Assembly (NCBI GenBank): GCA_903831865.1
Contig: CAIKZH010000156.1
Coordinates: forward strand, 867 to 64,866
From: an uncultured Coriobacteriia bacterium
GTDB lineage: Bacteria; Actinomycetota; Coriobacteriia; Anaerosomatales; PALSA-660
DNA: 64,000 nucleotides
Direction of reading: 5' to 3'
Position numbers and translations under genes: made by a program. The notes under the pieces are model-generated. The model searched no databases. It saw nothing but the letters and a program-made list of their open reading frames with translations, and was not told the origin of the DNA. Shown here piece after piece: positions 25,757 through 36,409 of this stretch (position 1 is its first letter; each line of letters begins with the position of its first letter).

Positions 25757-27487
25757 ATGACTGCTCTTCTCAAGACCTACCTGCGCCCCTACTGGAAGCA
25801 GCTGATACTCGTGATGGGACTGCTCATGGTGCAGGCCATCGCGAACCTCTACCTGCCGAGTCTGAACGCCAACATCATCAACAACGGCGTGGTGAGGGGC
25901 GACACCGCCTACATCATGTCGACCGGCGGGTTCATGCTCGTCGTGACCCTCGTCCTCGGCATCGTGTCCATCATCGGGATCTACTGGGGCTCGAAGACGG
26001 CCATGGCCTTCGGCCGTGACGTCCGTGGCGCCATCTTCACCAAGGTGCAGACCTTCTCGCAGAAGGAGGTCAACCACTTCGGCGCGCCGTCGCTCATCAC
26101 GCGCAACACCAACGACGTGCAACAGGTGCAGATGGTCCTGGTCTTCGCGCTCAACATGATCCTGTCGGCGCCGATCATGGCCGTCGGTGGCATCATCATG
26201 GCCCTGCGCGAGGACGTCCCGCTGTCCGGGATCATCGTCGTGGTCGTGCCCGTGATGGCCGTCCTCGTCGGGCTCATCATCTCCCGGGCCGTGCCTCTGT
26301 TCCAGATCATGCAGAAGCGCGTCGACCGCGTGAACCAGGTCGTGCGCGAGAAGCTGTCGGGCATCCGCGTGATCCGCGCGTTCGTGCGCACCGAGCACGA
26401 GGCGAAGCGGTTCGACGTCGCCAACCACGACCTCACCAACACGGCGCTGACCGTCAACCGCATCTTCGCCCTGCTGATGCCGGCCCTGACGCTCATCCTG
26501 TACACATCCACCGTGGCGGTCCTGTGGTTCGGCGGTGTGCGTGTCAGCAGCGGCGCCATGCCGATCGGCAACCTGACCGCGTTCCTCACCTACATCATGC
26601 AGATCCTGCTCGCCGTCATGATGGCCACCATCATGTTCGTGCTCGTGCCACGTGCCGCCGTGTCCGCCGGCCGCGTCCAGGAGGTCCTCGAGACCGAGCC
26701 GAGCGTGAACGACCCGCAGGAGCCGGCTGCGGCCTCCGACCTGCACGGCTTCGTCGAGTTCCGCGACGTCGAGTTCCGCTATCCGGGGGCCGAGGAGCCG
26801 GTCCTGCACCACATCTCCTTCACGAGCGGACCCGGTGAGACCACTGCCATCATCGGCTCGACCGGCAGCGGCAAGACCACGCTCGTCAACCTCGTCCCGC
26901 GGCTGTACGACGCCACCGGAGGCACGATCCTCGTCGACGGAGTCGACATCCGCGACATGCGCCGTGACGACCTGTGGCAGAAGATCGGGTTCGTCCCACA
27001 GCGTGCGTTCCTGTTCAGCGGCACCATCGCCAGCAACCTGCGATACGGCGACGAGGAGGCCAACGATGATCGACTCTGGCACGCCCTCGACGTGGCTCAG
27101 GGTCGCGAATTCGTGGACGAGCTGGAAGAGGGGCTCGACTACCCCATCGCTCAGGGAGGCACGAACGTCTCCGGCGGGCAGCGACAGCGCCTCGCCATCG
27201 CCCGCGCGCTCGTGAAGCGCCCGGAGGTGTACGTCTTCGACGACTCCTTCTCGGCTCTCGACTTCACGACCGACTCGAAGCTCCGCGCGGCACTCAAGAA
27301 GGAGATCACCGACGCCACCACGATCGTCGTGGCACAACGTGTCAGCTCGATCATGCACGCCGACCGGATCATCGTGCTCGAGCACGGGACTGTCGTCGGC
27401 ATGGGCACCCACGATGAACTGATGGAGACCTCGCCCACCTACCGCGAGATCGTCTTCTCACAGATGAGCGAGGAGGAGGCCGCATGA
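25757..27487 (+). CDS. ABC transporter permease/ATP-binding protein (type I exporter half-transporter)
   Basis: Six-TM domain plus NBD. Walker A GSTGSGKT, signature VSGGQRQR, Walker B VYVFDDSFS. Confidence 0.9.
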   Translation: MTALLKTYLRPYWKQLILVMGLLMVQAIANLYLPSLNANIINNGVVRGDTAYIMSTGGFMLVVTLVLGIVSIIGIYWGSKTAMAFGRDVRGAIFTKVQTFSQKEVNHFGAPSLITRNTNDVQQVQMVLVFALNMILSAPIMAVGGIIMALREDVPLSGIIVVVVPVMAVLVGLIISRAVPLFQIMQKRVDRVNQVVREKLSGIRVIRAFVRTEHEAKRFDVANHDLTNTALTVNRIFALLMPALTLILYTSTVAVLWFGGVRVSSGAMPIGNLTAFLTYIMQILLAVMMATIMFVLVPRAAVSAGRVQEVLETEPSVNDPQEPAAASDLHGFVEFRDVEFRYPGAEEPVLHHISFTSGPGETTAIIGSTGSGKTTLVNLVPRLYDATGGTILVDGVDIRDMRRDDLWQKIGFVPQRAFLFSGTIASNLRYGDEEANDDRLWHALDVAQGREFVDELEEGLDYPIAQGGTNVSGGQRQRLAIARALVKRPEVYVFDDSFSALDFTTDSKLRAALKKEITDATTIVVAQRVSSIMHADRIIVLEHGTVVGMGTHDELMETSPTYREIVFSQMSEEEAA

Positions 27488-29520
27488 GCGACTCCAAGAA
27501 CACGGCACCTGCGCCCGCCCGGCCGCCCATGGCGGGCGGACCCGGAGGCGGACGCCCCGGCGGAGGTGGAGGCATGTTCGGCGGCGGCCGTCACGGCATG
27601 GCGCCGGTCGCCAAGGCGAAGGACTTCACCGGTTCGGCGAAGCGCCTGGCCGGGACTTTGCGGCCCGAGATGGTCAAGATCGTCGTGGTCATGCTCCTCG
27701 CCGTCGTCAGCGTCGCTTTCGCGGTCGCGGGGCCGAAGGTCATGAGCAACGCCACGAACGTCCTGTTCCAGGGTGTCATCGGGAAGGCGCTGCCCAAGGG
27801 CGCCACGACGGCACAGGTCATAGCCGGCCTGAACGCCAAGGGCGACGTCGCGTCGAAGGACCTCGCGGCCATGATCCGCACCATGAACGTCACGCCGGGC
27901 GTCGGCGCGGACTTCGCGCTGTTCGGCAAAGAGCTGCTTCTGCTCGGCGCTCTCTACGCGCTGTCGGCCCTCTTCCTCTGGGGACAGGGCTACATCATGG
28001 TCGGGGTCGCACAGCGCACCGTCTACGAGATGCGCAAACACGTCGACGAGAAGCTCTCGCGGCTCCCGTTGCGCTACTACGACGACCACCCCCGTGGCGA
28101 CATCCTCTCTCGCGTCACCAACGACATCGACAACATCGCGAACTCGTTGCAGCAGTCCGCCACGCAGCTCATCACGGCCGTGTTCACCATCGTCGGCGTA
28201 CTCCTGATGATGTTCATCATCTCGCCGCTGCTCGCTGCCATCTCAGTCCTCGTGATCCCGCTCGCGCTCCTGAGCACTGTGCAGATAGCGAAGCGCTCGC
28301 AGAAGCAGTTCGCGCTGCAGTGGGAGCAGACCGGCGACCTCAACGGGCACGTCGAGGAGATGCACACCGGTCACAGCATCGTGAAGATCTTCGGTCGCCA
28401 GAAGGAAGCGATCGAGGTGTTCGACGAGCGCAACGCCAAGCTCTACGACTCGAGCTTCAAGGCGCAGTTCATCTCCGGCATCATCCAGCCGGTCATGAAC
28501 TTCCTCGGCAACCTGAACTACGTCGGCATCGCGGTGATAGGCGGAGTGAAGGTAGCCACCGGCACGATGACGCTCGGCGACGTTCTCGCGTTCATCCAGT
28601 ACTCGCGCCAGTTCACGCAGCCGATCACGCAGACGGCGAGCATCGCCAACGTGCTCCAGTCCGCGGTGGCTTCCGCCGAGCGCGTCTTCGAGCTGCTCGA
28701 CGAGCCTGAGGAGCAGCCCGACACCGCCACGCCGCTGACGCTGGCTGAGCCGCAGGGACACGTGACCTTCGAGCACGTCGATTTCAGCTACGATCCGGCG
28801 TCGCCGCTCATCGAGGACATGAGCCTGGACGCCAGGCCCGGCCAGACGGTCGCGATCGTCGGCCCGACCGGCGCCGGGAAGACCACGCTCGTCAACCTCC
28901 TCATGCGCTTCTACGAGATCGACGCGGGGCGTATCACCGTCGACGGCATCGACACTCGTGACCTGACCCGTGACGACCTGCGCAGGACCTTCGGCATGGT
29001 GCTGCAGGACGCGTGGCTGTTCTCCGGCACGATCCGAGACAATATCGCGTACGGCATCGACGACGTGAGCGAAGAGCGCCTGCTCGAAGCGAGCCGCGCC
29101 GCCTACGTCGACCACTTCGTCCGCACCCTGACCGACGGGTACGACACGATGCTCGATGATGACGCCTCGAACGTGAGCCAAGGCGAGAAGCAACTGCTCA
29201 CGATCGCGCGCGCGTTCCTCGCCGACCCTGAGATCCTCATCCTCGACGAGGCGACGAGCTCGGTCGACACGCGTACGGAGGTGCTCATCCAGAAGGCGAT
29301 GCGCCGGCTGATGAAGAACCGCACGTCGTTCGTCATCGCGCACCGGCTCTCGACCATCCGCGACGCGGACATCATCCTGGTGATGAACCACGGACGCATC
29401 GTGGAGCAGGGCACTCACGAGGAACTGCTCGAGGCAAAGGGCTTCTACTACGACCTGTACCACAGCCAGTTCGTCGAGAGCTTCGACGAAGTCTCCGACC
29501 GACTCGATGCCGCGGTGTAG
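27484..29520 (+). CDS. ABC transporter permease/ATP-binding protein (heterodimer partner)
   Basis: Start overlaps the upstream stop (ATGA). Walker A GPTGAGKT, signature VSQGEKQL, Walker B ILILDEATS. Gly/Pro-rich N-terminus. Confidence 0.9.
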   Translation: MSDSKNTAPAPARPPMAGGPGGGRPGGGGGMFGGGRHGMAPVAKAKDFTGSAKRLAGTLRPEMVKIVVVMLLAVVSVAFAVAGPKVMSNATNVLFQGVIGKALPKGATTAQVIAGLNAKGDVASKDLAAMIRTMNVTPGVGADFALFGKELLLLGALYALSALFLWGQGYIMVGVAQRTVYEMRKHVDEKLSRLPLRYYDDHPRGDILSRVTNDIDNIANSLQQSATQLITAVFTIVGVLLMMFIISPLLAAISVLVIPLALLSTVQIAKRSQKQFALQWEQTGDLNGHVEEMHTGHSIVKIFGRQKEAIEVFDERNAKLYDSSFKAQFISGIIQPVMNFLGNLNYVGIAVIGGVKVATGTMTLGDVLAFIQYSRQFTQPITQTASIANVLQSAVASAERVFELLDEPEEQPDTATPLTLAEPQGHVTFEHVDFSYDPASPLIEDMSLDARPGQTVAIVGPTGAGKTTLVNLLMRFYEIDAGRITVDGIDTRDLTRDDLRRTFGMVLQDAWLFSGTIRDNIAYGIDDVSEERLLEASRAAYVDHFVRTLTDGYDTMLDDDASNVSQGEKQLLTIARAFLADPEILILDEATSSVDTRTEVLIQKAMRRLMKNRTSFVIAHRLSTIRDADIILVMNHGRIVEQGTHEELLEAKGFYYDLYHSQFVESFDEVSDRLDAAV

Positions 29521-29835
29521 CGGTCAGCGCGAGCGAGACAAGACCGCCCTCCCGCCAGCCGTCGCCGGATCGCGGTTCGTAGACCCGGGTCGCCGCATGT
29601 GCTACAGCTTTGGAGGCGAGAGGAACCGGGCGCACATGGCCGCCCTGTTCGGGTGGCCGCTGGTGCCCCGCGCGCGCTATCCGGTCCTCGACAGCGAGCT
29701 CGCCTTCGCGCCCTATCTTCGGCGCACGTGAACGCCTGACCACACCATCGGCGGCTACACGGTCCTACGCCACGTTGCGGTCCCCCGGACACGTCCCTAG
29801 GGGTCCCTCAGCAGCGACGCGGGAGGCGCACCGGC

Positions 29836-31014
29836 TCAGTGCCCGGTGTCGACCAGCTTGTGTATCCTGCCGTGCGCCCAGTCGGCGACCCAGAGCCCGC
29901 CGTCCTTGTCCACGCCGAAGGTGCTGATGGTGTACGACGTCTTGATCAACAGCTTCCTCACCCACACGCCGCCGGAGTGCTTGAGGCCCCAGATCTTGCC
30001 GGCGGCATAGTCGCCGAAGTAGTAGATGCCCTGCATGCGCGGATAGGCGGAGCCGCGGTAGACGTAGCCGCCCATGACCGCCTCACCTTCCGAGTGCGAG
30101 TACTCGGCCACAGGCCACACGAAGCCTCGTGCCTTTGACTTCGCCTTGAGCAGGTGCGAGCCCTCGTAGAGTGGCCAGCCGAAGTCCCATCCTCCGCGCG
30201 AGCCCGCCGGAACCCTGTCGATCTCTTCCCATCGGTGCTCTCCCACGTCGCCGATCCAGAGGTCGCCCTGGGCGGGATCGAATGAGAACCGCCACGGGTT
30301 GCGCAGGCCGTACGCCCAGATCTCGGGACGCACGCCCTTCTTGCCGACGAAGGGGTTCGTGGGCGGAATACTGTAGCCCGGGACAGCGGGCGAGGACTCG
30401 ACGCTCAGGCGCACGATCTTGCCCAGCAGGACGCCAAGGTTCTGCGCTCGGTTGCCTGGGTCATCGACCTTCCCTCCGTCGCCAAGGCCCACATACAGGT
30501 AGCCGTCGGGGCCGAAGGCCAGCTGGCCCGCGTAGTGATCCGAGTAGGGATGGGCGACCTCGAGGACAAGCTGCCTCGTCGTCCAGTCGAGACGGTCGGG
30601 ATCGGTTGCTGAGAAGCGGACTCTGTAGACCACCGAGCGGTTGCCGGTGTTGACGAAGTAGATGTAGACGTAGTGCTTGGTCGCGAAACCCGGGGGGAAG
30701 ACGAGCCCGAGAAGTCCTTGCTCGTGTCCGGACGACAGCACGTAGGTGTGTATGTCGAGCACCGGAGTCGCCACAAGAGATCCGTTCTGCACCAGCCGTA
30801 TGACGCCGGACTGCTCCGTCACAAAGAGACGGTCCGTCCCATCGCCGGGAGAGACGATGTTCGTCGGCCGAGGCAACCCCCCGAACGATGTGCTCGCGGC
30901 CAGCGTGGGCCAGACGGGCGCGGCGCTTGCCGGCGACGTGGGGACGACCAGTACTGTGAGTGCGAACGCGAGAGCGAGTGCGATCCGGGCGCGGTATCTC
31001 GATGAACCAGTCAC
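29836..31014 (-). CDS. PQQ-dependent sugar (glucose/sorbosone) dehydrogenase-like beta-propeller, secreted
   Basis: FGPDGYLYVGLGDGG, NPWRFSFD and LLGLVFPP blocks. Signal peptide. Start set at GTG 31014 (GGGAAGGGG upstream). ATG 31056 is an alternative. Confidence 0.8.
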   Translation of the reverse strand: MTGSSRYRARIALALAFALTVLVVPTSPASAAPVWPTLAASTSFGGLPRPTNIVSPGDGTDRLFVTEQSGVIRLVQNGSLVATPVLDIHTYVLSSGHEQGLLGLVFPPGFATKHYVYIYFVNTGNRSVVYRVRFSATDPDRLDWTTRQLVLEVAHPYSDHYAGQLAFGPDGYLYVGLGDGGKVDDPGNRAQNLGVLLGKIVRLSVESSPAVPGYSIPPTNPFVGKKGVRPEIWAYGLRNPWRFSFDPAQGDLWIGDVGEHRWEEIDRVPAGSRGGWDFGWPLYEGSHLLKAKSKARGFVWPVAEYSHSEGEAVMGGYVYRGSAYPRMQGIYYFGDYAAGKIWGLKHSGGVWVRKLLIKTSYTISTFGVDKDGGLWVADWAHGRIHKLVDTGH

Positions 31015-31162
31015 GCTGGCCCCTTCCCTCGGGCGTGGTCTGCTCTGTCCTGCCAAGAGGATTCCCGAAGCGGGGCGAGGCAGACACGATCGTGTAGGAC
31101 CGCCACGGCGCCCAGCTCGTGTTCCCGGCGCGCGGGAGTGCTCTGCCCGGGCCGGTCAGGCG

Positions 31163-31420
31163 CTATCGAACGCGCGGCCTCTTGGTCAGCGGGAACCATT
31201 CCCTGCCATTCTCCCGCTGGCGGTGACGGAATATGGCGTGGGAAGCCAGCGAGTTCTCGGCCCCGCTCTCGGAGCGGACGCGGTGCATGAAGAAGTCTCC
31301 CGAGACGTGCTCGTAGCCGAGGTACACGGCCGGGACCGTCGTCTGCCACCGGGTGGCGTCGTAGACGCGGATCGCTTCACCGATCGCAGGTATCTCGTAG
31401 GGCGGGACCGGGTCATCCAT
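31163..31420 (-). CDS. Hypothetical 85-aa protein
   Basis: ORF 31163..31447 trimmed to ATG 31420, with GGAGG 9 nt upstream. High G/C third-position bias. Confidence 0.55.
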   Translation of the reverse strand: MDDPVPPYEIPAIGEAIRVYDATRWQTTVPAVYLGYEHVSGDFFMHRVRSESGAENSLASHAIFRHRQRENGREWFPLTKRPRVR

Positions 31421-31560
31421 GCTTTTGTGCCTCCCGGACGAGAGCACCCTCGGTCCGACTCACTCAGCGTGTTGCGCCTGACTCCCGAGCCGATCGGATC
31501 CCATTGTGGACGCGGACGGGCAACCCGGGTCGACGAGCTTGTCGGGCAGGAGCCGAGCGC

Positions 31561-31728
31561 TCAGCGCAAGGTCAGGTAGAAGACGAGCCCGAACACCACC
31601 GCACCTATCACGAGAGCGACCCACAGTTGCTGGCGGCGGAAGCTGAGCGGCGGCTCCGGCTCGTGATGCGGGTGGCGAGACTCGGTCTGGAGAGCGGCTT
31701 CGAGGTTCGGATCGATCCCACCCGTCAT
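31561..31728 (-). CDS. Small single-pass membrane protein (55 aa, hypothetical)
   Basis: Hand-translated as MTGGIDPNLEAALQTESRHPHHEPEPPLSFRRQQLWVALVIGAVVFGLVFYLTLR. GAGAGG upstream. Below the ORF-track cutoff. Confidence 0.3.
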   Translation of the reverse strand: MTGGIDPNLEAALQTESRHPHHEPEPPLSFRRQQLWVALVIGAVVFGLVFYLTLR

Positions 31729-31775
31729 GCGACTCGCCTCTCTGCTCGATCGACGGACAGTGTGCCCCGCGCGTC

Positions 31776-32564
31776 TTACGGCCCGAGCAGGCTCGATACC
31801 GTGAACGACGTGATCTTGGAGGCTGACACGTAGTAGCCGTCGAGCGCATCCAACCCGGCCACGAGCGTAATGGTCTGGTCGAAGGAGCTGCTGGGGACTG
31901 AGAAGCCTGCCTGACAGGTGTCGTCATGCGAGATGGTGGTTCCGTAGACCAGCAGCAGAAGGCTGGGAGGGAGTTCGAACGGGTCCCCCAAGGGGCCGAT
32001 CGTTGGGCCGCGCTCCGCGCCGAGCACGGCGAGCGCCGGGGAGGCGGTGGTGATGGCGCCCGCGGGACCCGACATGTAGGCGGAGATCGTCACGAACGCA
32101 TGCCCGTCCGGTTCGAGCGTCGCGGAGGCACCGAGGCTGCTGATGCTCAGCGCATCCTCCAGCACCTCGACTTCTCGGGATGCGGCGTGTGTGGCCTTGG
32201 AGCCGTTGAAGCGCAGCCGATAGTCGCCGCCGCTCAAAGCCAGGAAGCTGAAGTGCCCGGTCTTGGACGAGACGGTGCTGGTCACGTTCACATACTCGCC
32301 GCTGGAGTCGTCCGCGCGGTCCAGGTACACCCTGCCCACGAGTGGTGCGTCCGCCAGCACCTTCCGGTGACTCCTCACGACCACCCTGCGGTAGATGAGC
32401 ACCCCGGCGACCGTGGTGTCGGTGCTGCCTCTCGCGATAACGTATTCGCTCCTCGTCGAGCGGAACGCCGTTGCGGCTTTCGTCGTAGCGAACGCGGACG
32501 TTGGCAGGAGAAGCATCGCCACGAATCCCAGAACGAGTGCCACACCGAGCCAGTGCTTCTTCAT
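31776..32564 (-). CDS. Secreted hypothetical protein
   Basis: Signal peptide MKKHWLGVALVLGFVAMLLLPTSAFA. Beta-rich composition. No family recognised. Confidence 0.6.
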   Translation of the reverse strand: MKKHWLGVALVLGFVAMLLLPTSAFATTKAATAFRSTRSEYVIARGSTDTTVAGVLIYRRVVVRSHRKVLADAPLVGRVYLDRADDSSGEYVNVTSTVSSKTGHFSFLALSGGDYRLRFNGSKATHAASREVEVLEDALSISSLGASATLEPDGHAFVTISAYMSGPAGAITTASPALAVLGAERGPTIGPLGDPFELPPSLLLLVYGTTISHDDTCQAGFSVPSSSFDQTITLVAGLDALDGYYVSASKITSFTVSSLLGP

Positions 32565-32701
32565 CGAGACTCCCCTTGTCAGGCCCTGCCGACTGATCGC
32601 ACACCCGTACTATGAACACGTTCAAGCAGGCGGGGAAGTAACGGACGCCTGACGGGCGGCATCCCAAGGACGAGCTCGCAGAAGGCACGATCCGAGGCGA
32701 C

Positions 32702-33109
32702 TCACGACGGGATGACTGCGATGGCCTCGATCTCGACGAGGTAGTCGGGGTTACCGAGCCCACTCACCATGGCAACGGTCACTGCCGGCGGTTGCGCGTC
32801 AGCCGGCCAGACCTCTCTGAACGCCTCGAATCCAAGCGGGATCGGCTGACCCTCGACGATGAACACGTTCCATTTGATGACGTCTTCGAGCCGCCCGCCG
32901 GCCTCGATCACGGCCGCCTCGACATTCCTGAGAGCCCTCACGGATTGCGCCTTGAGATCACCCTTGCCGACAAGGTTGCCCTCTGAGTCGACGGCGTCCT
33001 GTCCTCCGACGTAGACCGTCTTGACGGGTCCGGCCACCGCGACGGCCTGGGAGTAGGCGGGATTCTTGTGCAGGCCGTCAGGATCGAGATGCTCGATGCT
33101 CGCTTCCAC
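32702..33109 (-). CDS. RidA/YjgF-family reactive-intermediate deaminase
   Basis: 135 aa. Typical blocks VYVGGQ...G.L.G.GD...Q....L.N......AGG.L.DV.K..VF. Confidence 0.85.
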   Translation of the reverse strand: MEASIEHLDPDGLHKNPAYSQAVAVAGPVKTVYVGGQDAVDSEGNLVGKGDLKAQSVRALRNVEAAVIEAGGRLEDVIKWNVFIVEGQPIPLGFEAFREVWPADAQPPAVTVAMVSGLGNPDYLVEIEAIAVIPS

Positions 33110-33383
33110 GGGACACTCCTCTCCGGCAACACCTGGGCTGACCAGAGGGCTATACCCGAGGTCAGGCGATGGCGTGAAAGACGCAGCACCCCGTCCGCGA
33201 GGAGCGACAACGGACGGGGCGGCGTGTAGACACCCTCTCAGGAGGGGTCGTGCGACGACAACGTAGATTCCCAGTCACATCGAGACATCACACCGCAGCG
33301 CACCGCGGCTCATCGGGTGAATAGGATCCTTGCGATCGGGCAAGGTCAACCACAGGTAGATCGGGATCACCTCGAGGAGCACG

Positions 33384-33764
33384 GTGGAGTTCAGAGACCA
33401 GGCGCTCTACCACCAGATCCATCCACTCAAGCTCGCGACCGATTGGGGGACGGCGCTGGTCGCAGCGTATCTGCTCTGGCAGCATCTGCTCCTCGCAGCA
33501 CTGCTGATCGGCTTCATCCCGCCCGTCCTGGCGTCGCTTCTTGTCATTCGCTACGCGGATCTGGAGCGCCTGAAGGGGTCGCCCGCGGGTCACTACGTCG
33601 CTCGCTACATGACCCGGTCCGTGGAACTGGTGCGATCGATGGGAGCGGCCGTCCTTTGGGTGGCGGCCTGGTTCCACTGGCCCATGCTTATGGCGCTCGG
33701 GCTCGCCGCTATCGTCGTGGCCTGGGCACGCGGCAAGATCTGGCCGGGTGATGCTGCGGAGTGA
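33384..33764 (+). CDS. Integral membrane protein (hypothetical)
   Basis: 126 aa. GTG start with GAGGAG upstream. Three to four hydrophobic helices. The opposite-strand ORF 33288..33863 looks like shadow. Confidence 0.55.
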   Translation: MEFRDQALYHQIHPLKLATDWGTALVAAYLLWQHLLLAALLIGFIPPVLASLLVIRYADLERLKGSPAGHYVARYMTRSVELVRSMGAAVLWVAAWFHWPMLMALGLAAIVVAWARGKIWPGDAAE

Positions 33765-34070
33765 CCACCGCTCGCTGACTGAGCGCCTCACCCCGAGCGG
33801 GGCGTCATCGTCGCCCTGTGCTGCGCGAGTGGGGATGTGGCGAAGAGCCTCGAGCGCGTGCACGTCGTCAGCGGCGTTCCAGTGCCTCCGACTGCTTCGC
33901 TCTCCGAGGCCGTCAAGGCAGTGACCGTCCTTCTCGCATCATGAGGCGAGCGATGGCGCACCTGTGGCAAGGCGCGTTCGGCTGCTTCCAATGTCGATCA
34001 CGGTGGCCGCACCTATTCAGTCGGTTGCCACACGCAAGAGTGTCCTCATGGCTCAGCCGAGCCGAGAGCG

Positions 34071-35207
34071 CTACTCGCTTCGCGTGCCGACACTGACTCG
34101 ATTACGGCCTGCCGCCTTGGCGGCATACATCGCCCGATCAGCCGCGGCGATCAGCGCGTCTCCGGTCCGACCATCGCGGGGGAACGTCGCGACACCGAAC
34201 GAGGCGGTCACGGCGATGCTCGAAAGCCCGTGGGCGATGGGAGCGGCGGCCATCGTGCTGCGCAGTTCCTCGGCGCGCTCGACGGCTTGCTGCTCAGCCA
34301 TGCCCGGCATGACCAGCAGAAACTCCTCGCCCCCGTAGCGGCAGTAGATGTCGCTCCCGCGCGCATGCCGTCTCATCAGGTCGCCGAATACCCGGAGCAC
34401 CTCGTCGCCGGTCAGATGTCCAAAGCGGTCGTTGACCGCTTTGAAGTGGTCGAGGTCCCCCATGATCACACTCACGGGATACCCTTCGCGTTCTGCCAGG
34501 ATCAGCTCGCGCACGAGTGTTTCCTCGAGGTAGCGGCGATTGTAGAGGCCGGTCAGCGCATCATGTATGGACTCTTCGCGGAGCCTCTCTTGCAGAGCAT
34601 GCATCTCGCGCTCCGTGCGGGTTCGATCGGTCACATCCATCACGAGGCTGATCAGCGCGCGCCGGCCGCCGATCTCCATGGTGTTGCCATGAACCTCCAC
34701 ATCGATGACATCACCGTTCTTTCGCAGGCCATGAAACGTGTACTCGACTCGCGCCGCTTCGCCGCTCAGACGCTTCCGAGCGTTCTCGGCCACCAGGGGC
34801 CTGTCGCTCTCGATCGCGGTGTCCATCGGACCCAGCTCGATGATCTCCGCAGCGCTGTAGCCGAAGATCTCGTTGAACTTGAGGTTGGTGTAGGTGAACT
34901 TCCCTTCGCCCACTATGGCGATCCCGACCAGAGACTGACTCACCACGCCGTGGAATTGCTCTTCGGACTCACGAAGAGCGCGGGTGATCTTCTCGTTGTC
35001 ACGGAGCGCGGCCTCCAGCTCCGCGGTGCGTCCGCGCACCTGTTCCTCAAGCATCACCGAACTCTGGAACAAGCTGAAGTCGGACCCCTTCGCATTCGTG
35101 CTGCGCTCGGCGCGGTTCATGAGCGCCTGCACGACCTTGTTCAGCCTCGCGATCTCGGCCGACAAGTCTGCGCAACCGCCTGCTTCAGGCAGGGCGATCT
35201 CAGGCAT
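34071..35207 (-). CDS. Coiled-coil + PAS + GGDEF diguanylate cyclase
   Basis: ORF 34071..35360 trimmed to ATG 35207, which overlaps the upstream stop (ATGCCTGA). PAS block followed by DALTGLYNRR...RYGGEEFLLVMP. Confidence 0.85.
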   Translation of the reverse strand: MPEIALPEAGGCADLSAEIARLNKVVQALMNRAERSTNAKGSDFSLFQSSVMLEEQVRGRTAELEAALRDNEKITRALRESEEQFHGVVSQSLVGIAIVGEGKFTYTNLKFNEIFGYSAAEIIELGPMDTAIESDRPLVAENARKRLSGEAARVEYTFHGLRKNGDVIDVEVHGNTMEIGGRRALISLVMDVTDRTRTEREMHALQERLREESIHDALTGLYNRRYLEETLVRELILAEREGYPVSVIMGDLDHFKAVNDRFGHLTGDEVLRVFGDLMRRHARGSDIYCRYGGEEFLLVMPGMAEQQAVERAEELRSTMAAAPIAHGLSSIAVTASFGVATFPRDGRTGDALIAAADRAMYAAKAAGRNRVSVGTRSE

Positions 35208-36372
35208 GCGTGGCCTCCGTGGCAGGGCGGCCGATGGCGATACCGGTGAACGTCTGATTGACATGGACGCCGCCGAACTGCTCTCCGTAGGTGTCGAACC
35301 CGGTGACGTTGTTGTCACGGAACAGCGCCGCGACGTCGCCCCCGAGCCCCTGCTGCTCAATCTCGAGCTTGCGAAGGATGCAGTCGCATCCGATGACCAG
35401 CTGCGGCAGACCTATCGCGGCACGGATCTCGGTGAACGCATGGTCGAGGTTCTTGACCAGGTCCAGCCCGCGCGCCACCCGCAAGACCAGGCCCTCTTCA
35501 ATGGCGCAGAAGAACGTCAGGCTCCCGTCGGGGTCTGACTTCTGAATCGAGCGAACGTAGTTCTCGCCATCGATCAACACCACCACCGGCGATCCCGCGA
35601 AACTGGTGGGATCCAAGTCCTGAACCTGCGAGCCGACCAGCCGGGCATACGCTTCGGCCGCGGGGTAGCCGTCAAGCTCCATGACACGGCGATGCTGGGC
35701 ATCGGCAGCGGTAACGACCACCCGCTGTTCGGTGGGAACGAAGTGCTGGGTCTTGAAGACCCGAAAGGGCACTTCCGTGGTGACAAGCGTCAAGACGGCG
35801 CTGTCGTCGTGGAAGCAGCCATCGCAATACACCAAGGTCCTTCCGAAATCCAGCCCATCGCCTGCGGAGCCGCCGACCAGGGGGAAGCTGCCCAGAGCGC
35901 CTTGCAGGACACGTGTGACGGGCTCCTCGCGCACCGACAGACCGTCGATCAGCAGGAGCGCGAATGTGTTGTCGGGCTTGCTCCCCGGTCTCGAGCTTTC
36001 CAGCTCCTGCAGCAGGCCCTGCACGAGCGACTGGCCCGAAGCGTCCTCGAACTGCTGCAGGTGATCGATCACCCCGCATGCCGCACCGAAACTGCCTGCG
36101 GGAAAGCTTGCTCCCGAGATGCTGTGCTCGTTGCAGCCACCTGGTCCGATTTCACCGGCCGTCGTGCAACCAACGACGCGCACACCGGCGAACTCGCGAC
36201 CCATCTCGTCGGCGAGCACGTCCAGGTCGTACTGACTGGAGCAGAAGAAGACGACCAGCGCCATCTCCGGCTGAGCCACCGCAGCGCGAAACTCGCGCAC
36301 GGCTTGCCTCGGGTCCATCGCACAAGACTGTCCTCGGCGTATGTTGGTCTCTGCGTCCATTTCGTGCCCCAT
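35200..36372 (-). CDS. FIST-domain signal-transduction protein (FIST_N + FIST_C)
   Basis: ORF 35200..36510 trimmed to ATG 36372 (alternative 36360). LVVFFCSSQYD...VVGCTTAGEI...GGSAGD...VTGFDTYGE pattern. Confidence 0.75.
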   Translation of the reverse strand: MGHEMDAETNIRRGQSCAMDPRQAVREFRAAVAQPEMALVVFFCSSQYDLDVLADEMGREFAGVRVVGCTTAGEIGPGGCNEHSISGASFPAGSFGAACGVIDHLQQFEDASGQSLVQGLLQELESSRPGSKPDNTFALLLIDGLSVREEPVTRVLQGALGSFPLVGGSAGDGLDFGRTLVYCDGCFHDDSAVLTLVTTEVPFRVFKTQHFVPTEQRVVVTAADAQHRRVMELDGYPAAEAYARLVGSQVQDLDPTSFAGSPVVVLIDGENYVRSIQKSDPDGSLTFFCAIEEGLVLRVARGLDLVKNLDHAFTEIRAAIGLPQLVIGCDCILRKLEIEQQGLGGDVAALFRDNNVTGFDTYGEQFGGVHVNQTFTGIAIGRPATEATHA

Positions 36373-36409
36373 TCTCGGAGTCCGGCCGGGCGGCCGGGTA
36401 CCCTCGCGG

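Noticed and set aside
25196-27412. 738-aa minus-strand ORF opposite the first ABC transporter gene. Similar long antisense ORFs occur at 28243..29463, 21513..22793, 41318..42436, 44011..45171, 49459..51045, 51431..52576, 59398..60612, 16368..17228 and 37535..38587.
   Set aside because: These are classic high-GC shadow ORFs. Their translations are low-complexity and rich in R/H/D/E/G/V/P, with no recognisable motifs. Each lies antisense to a gene with clear family signatures and strong third-position G/C bias.
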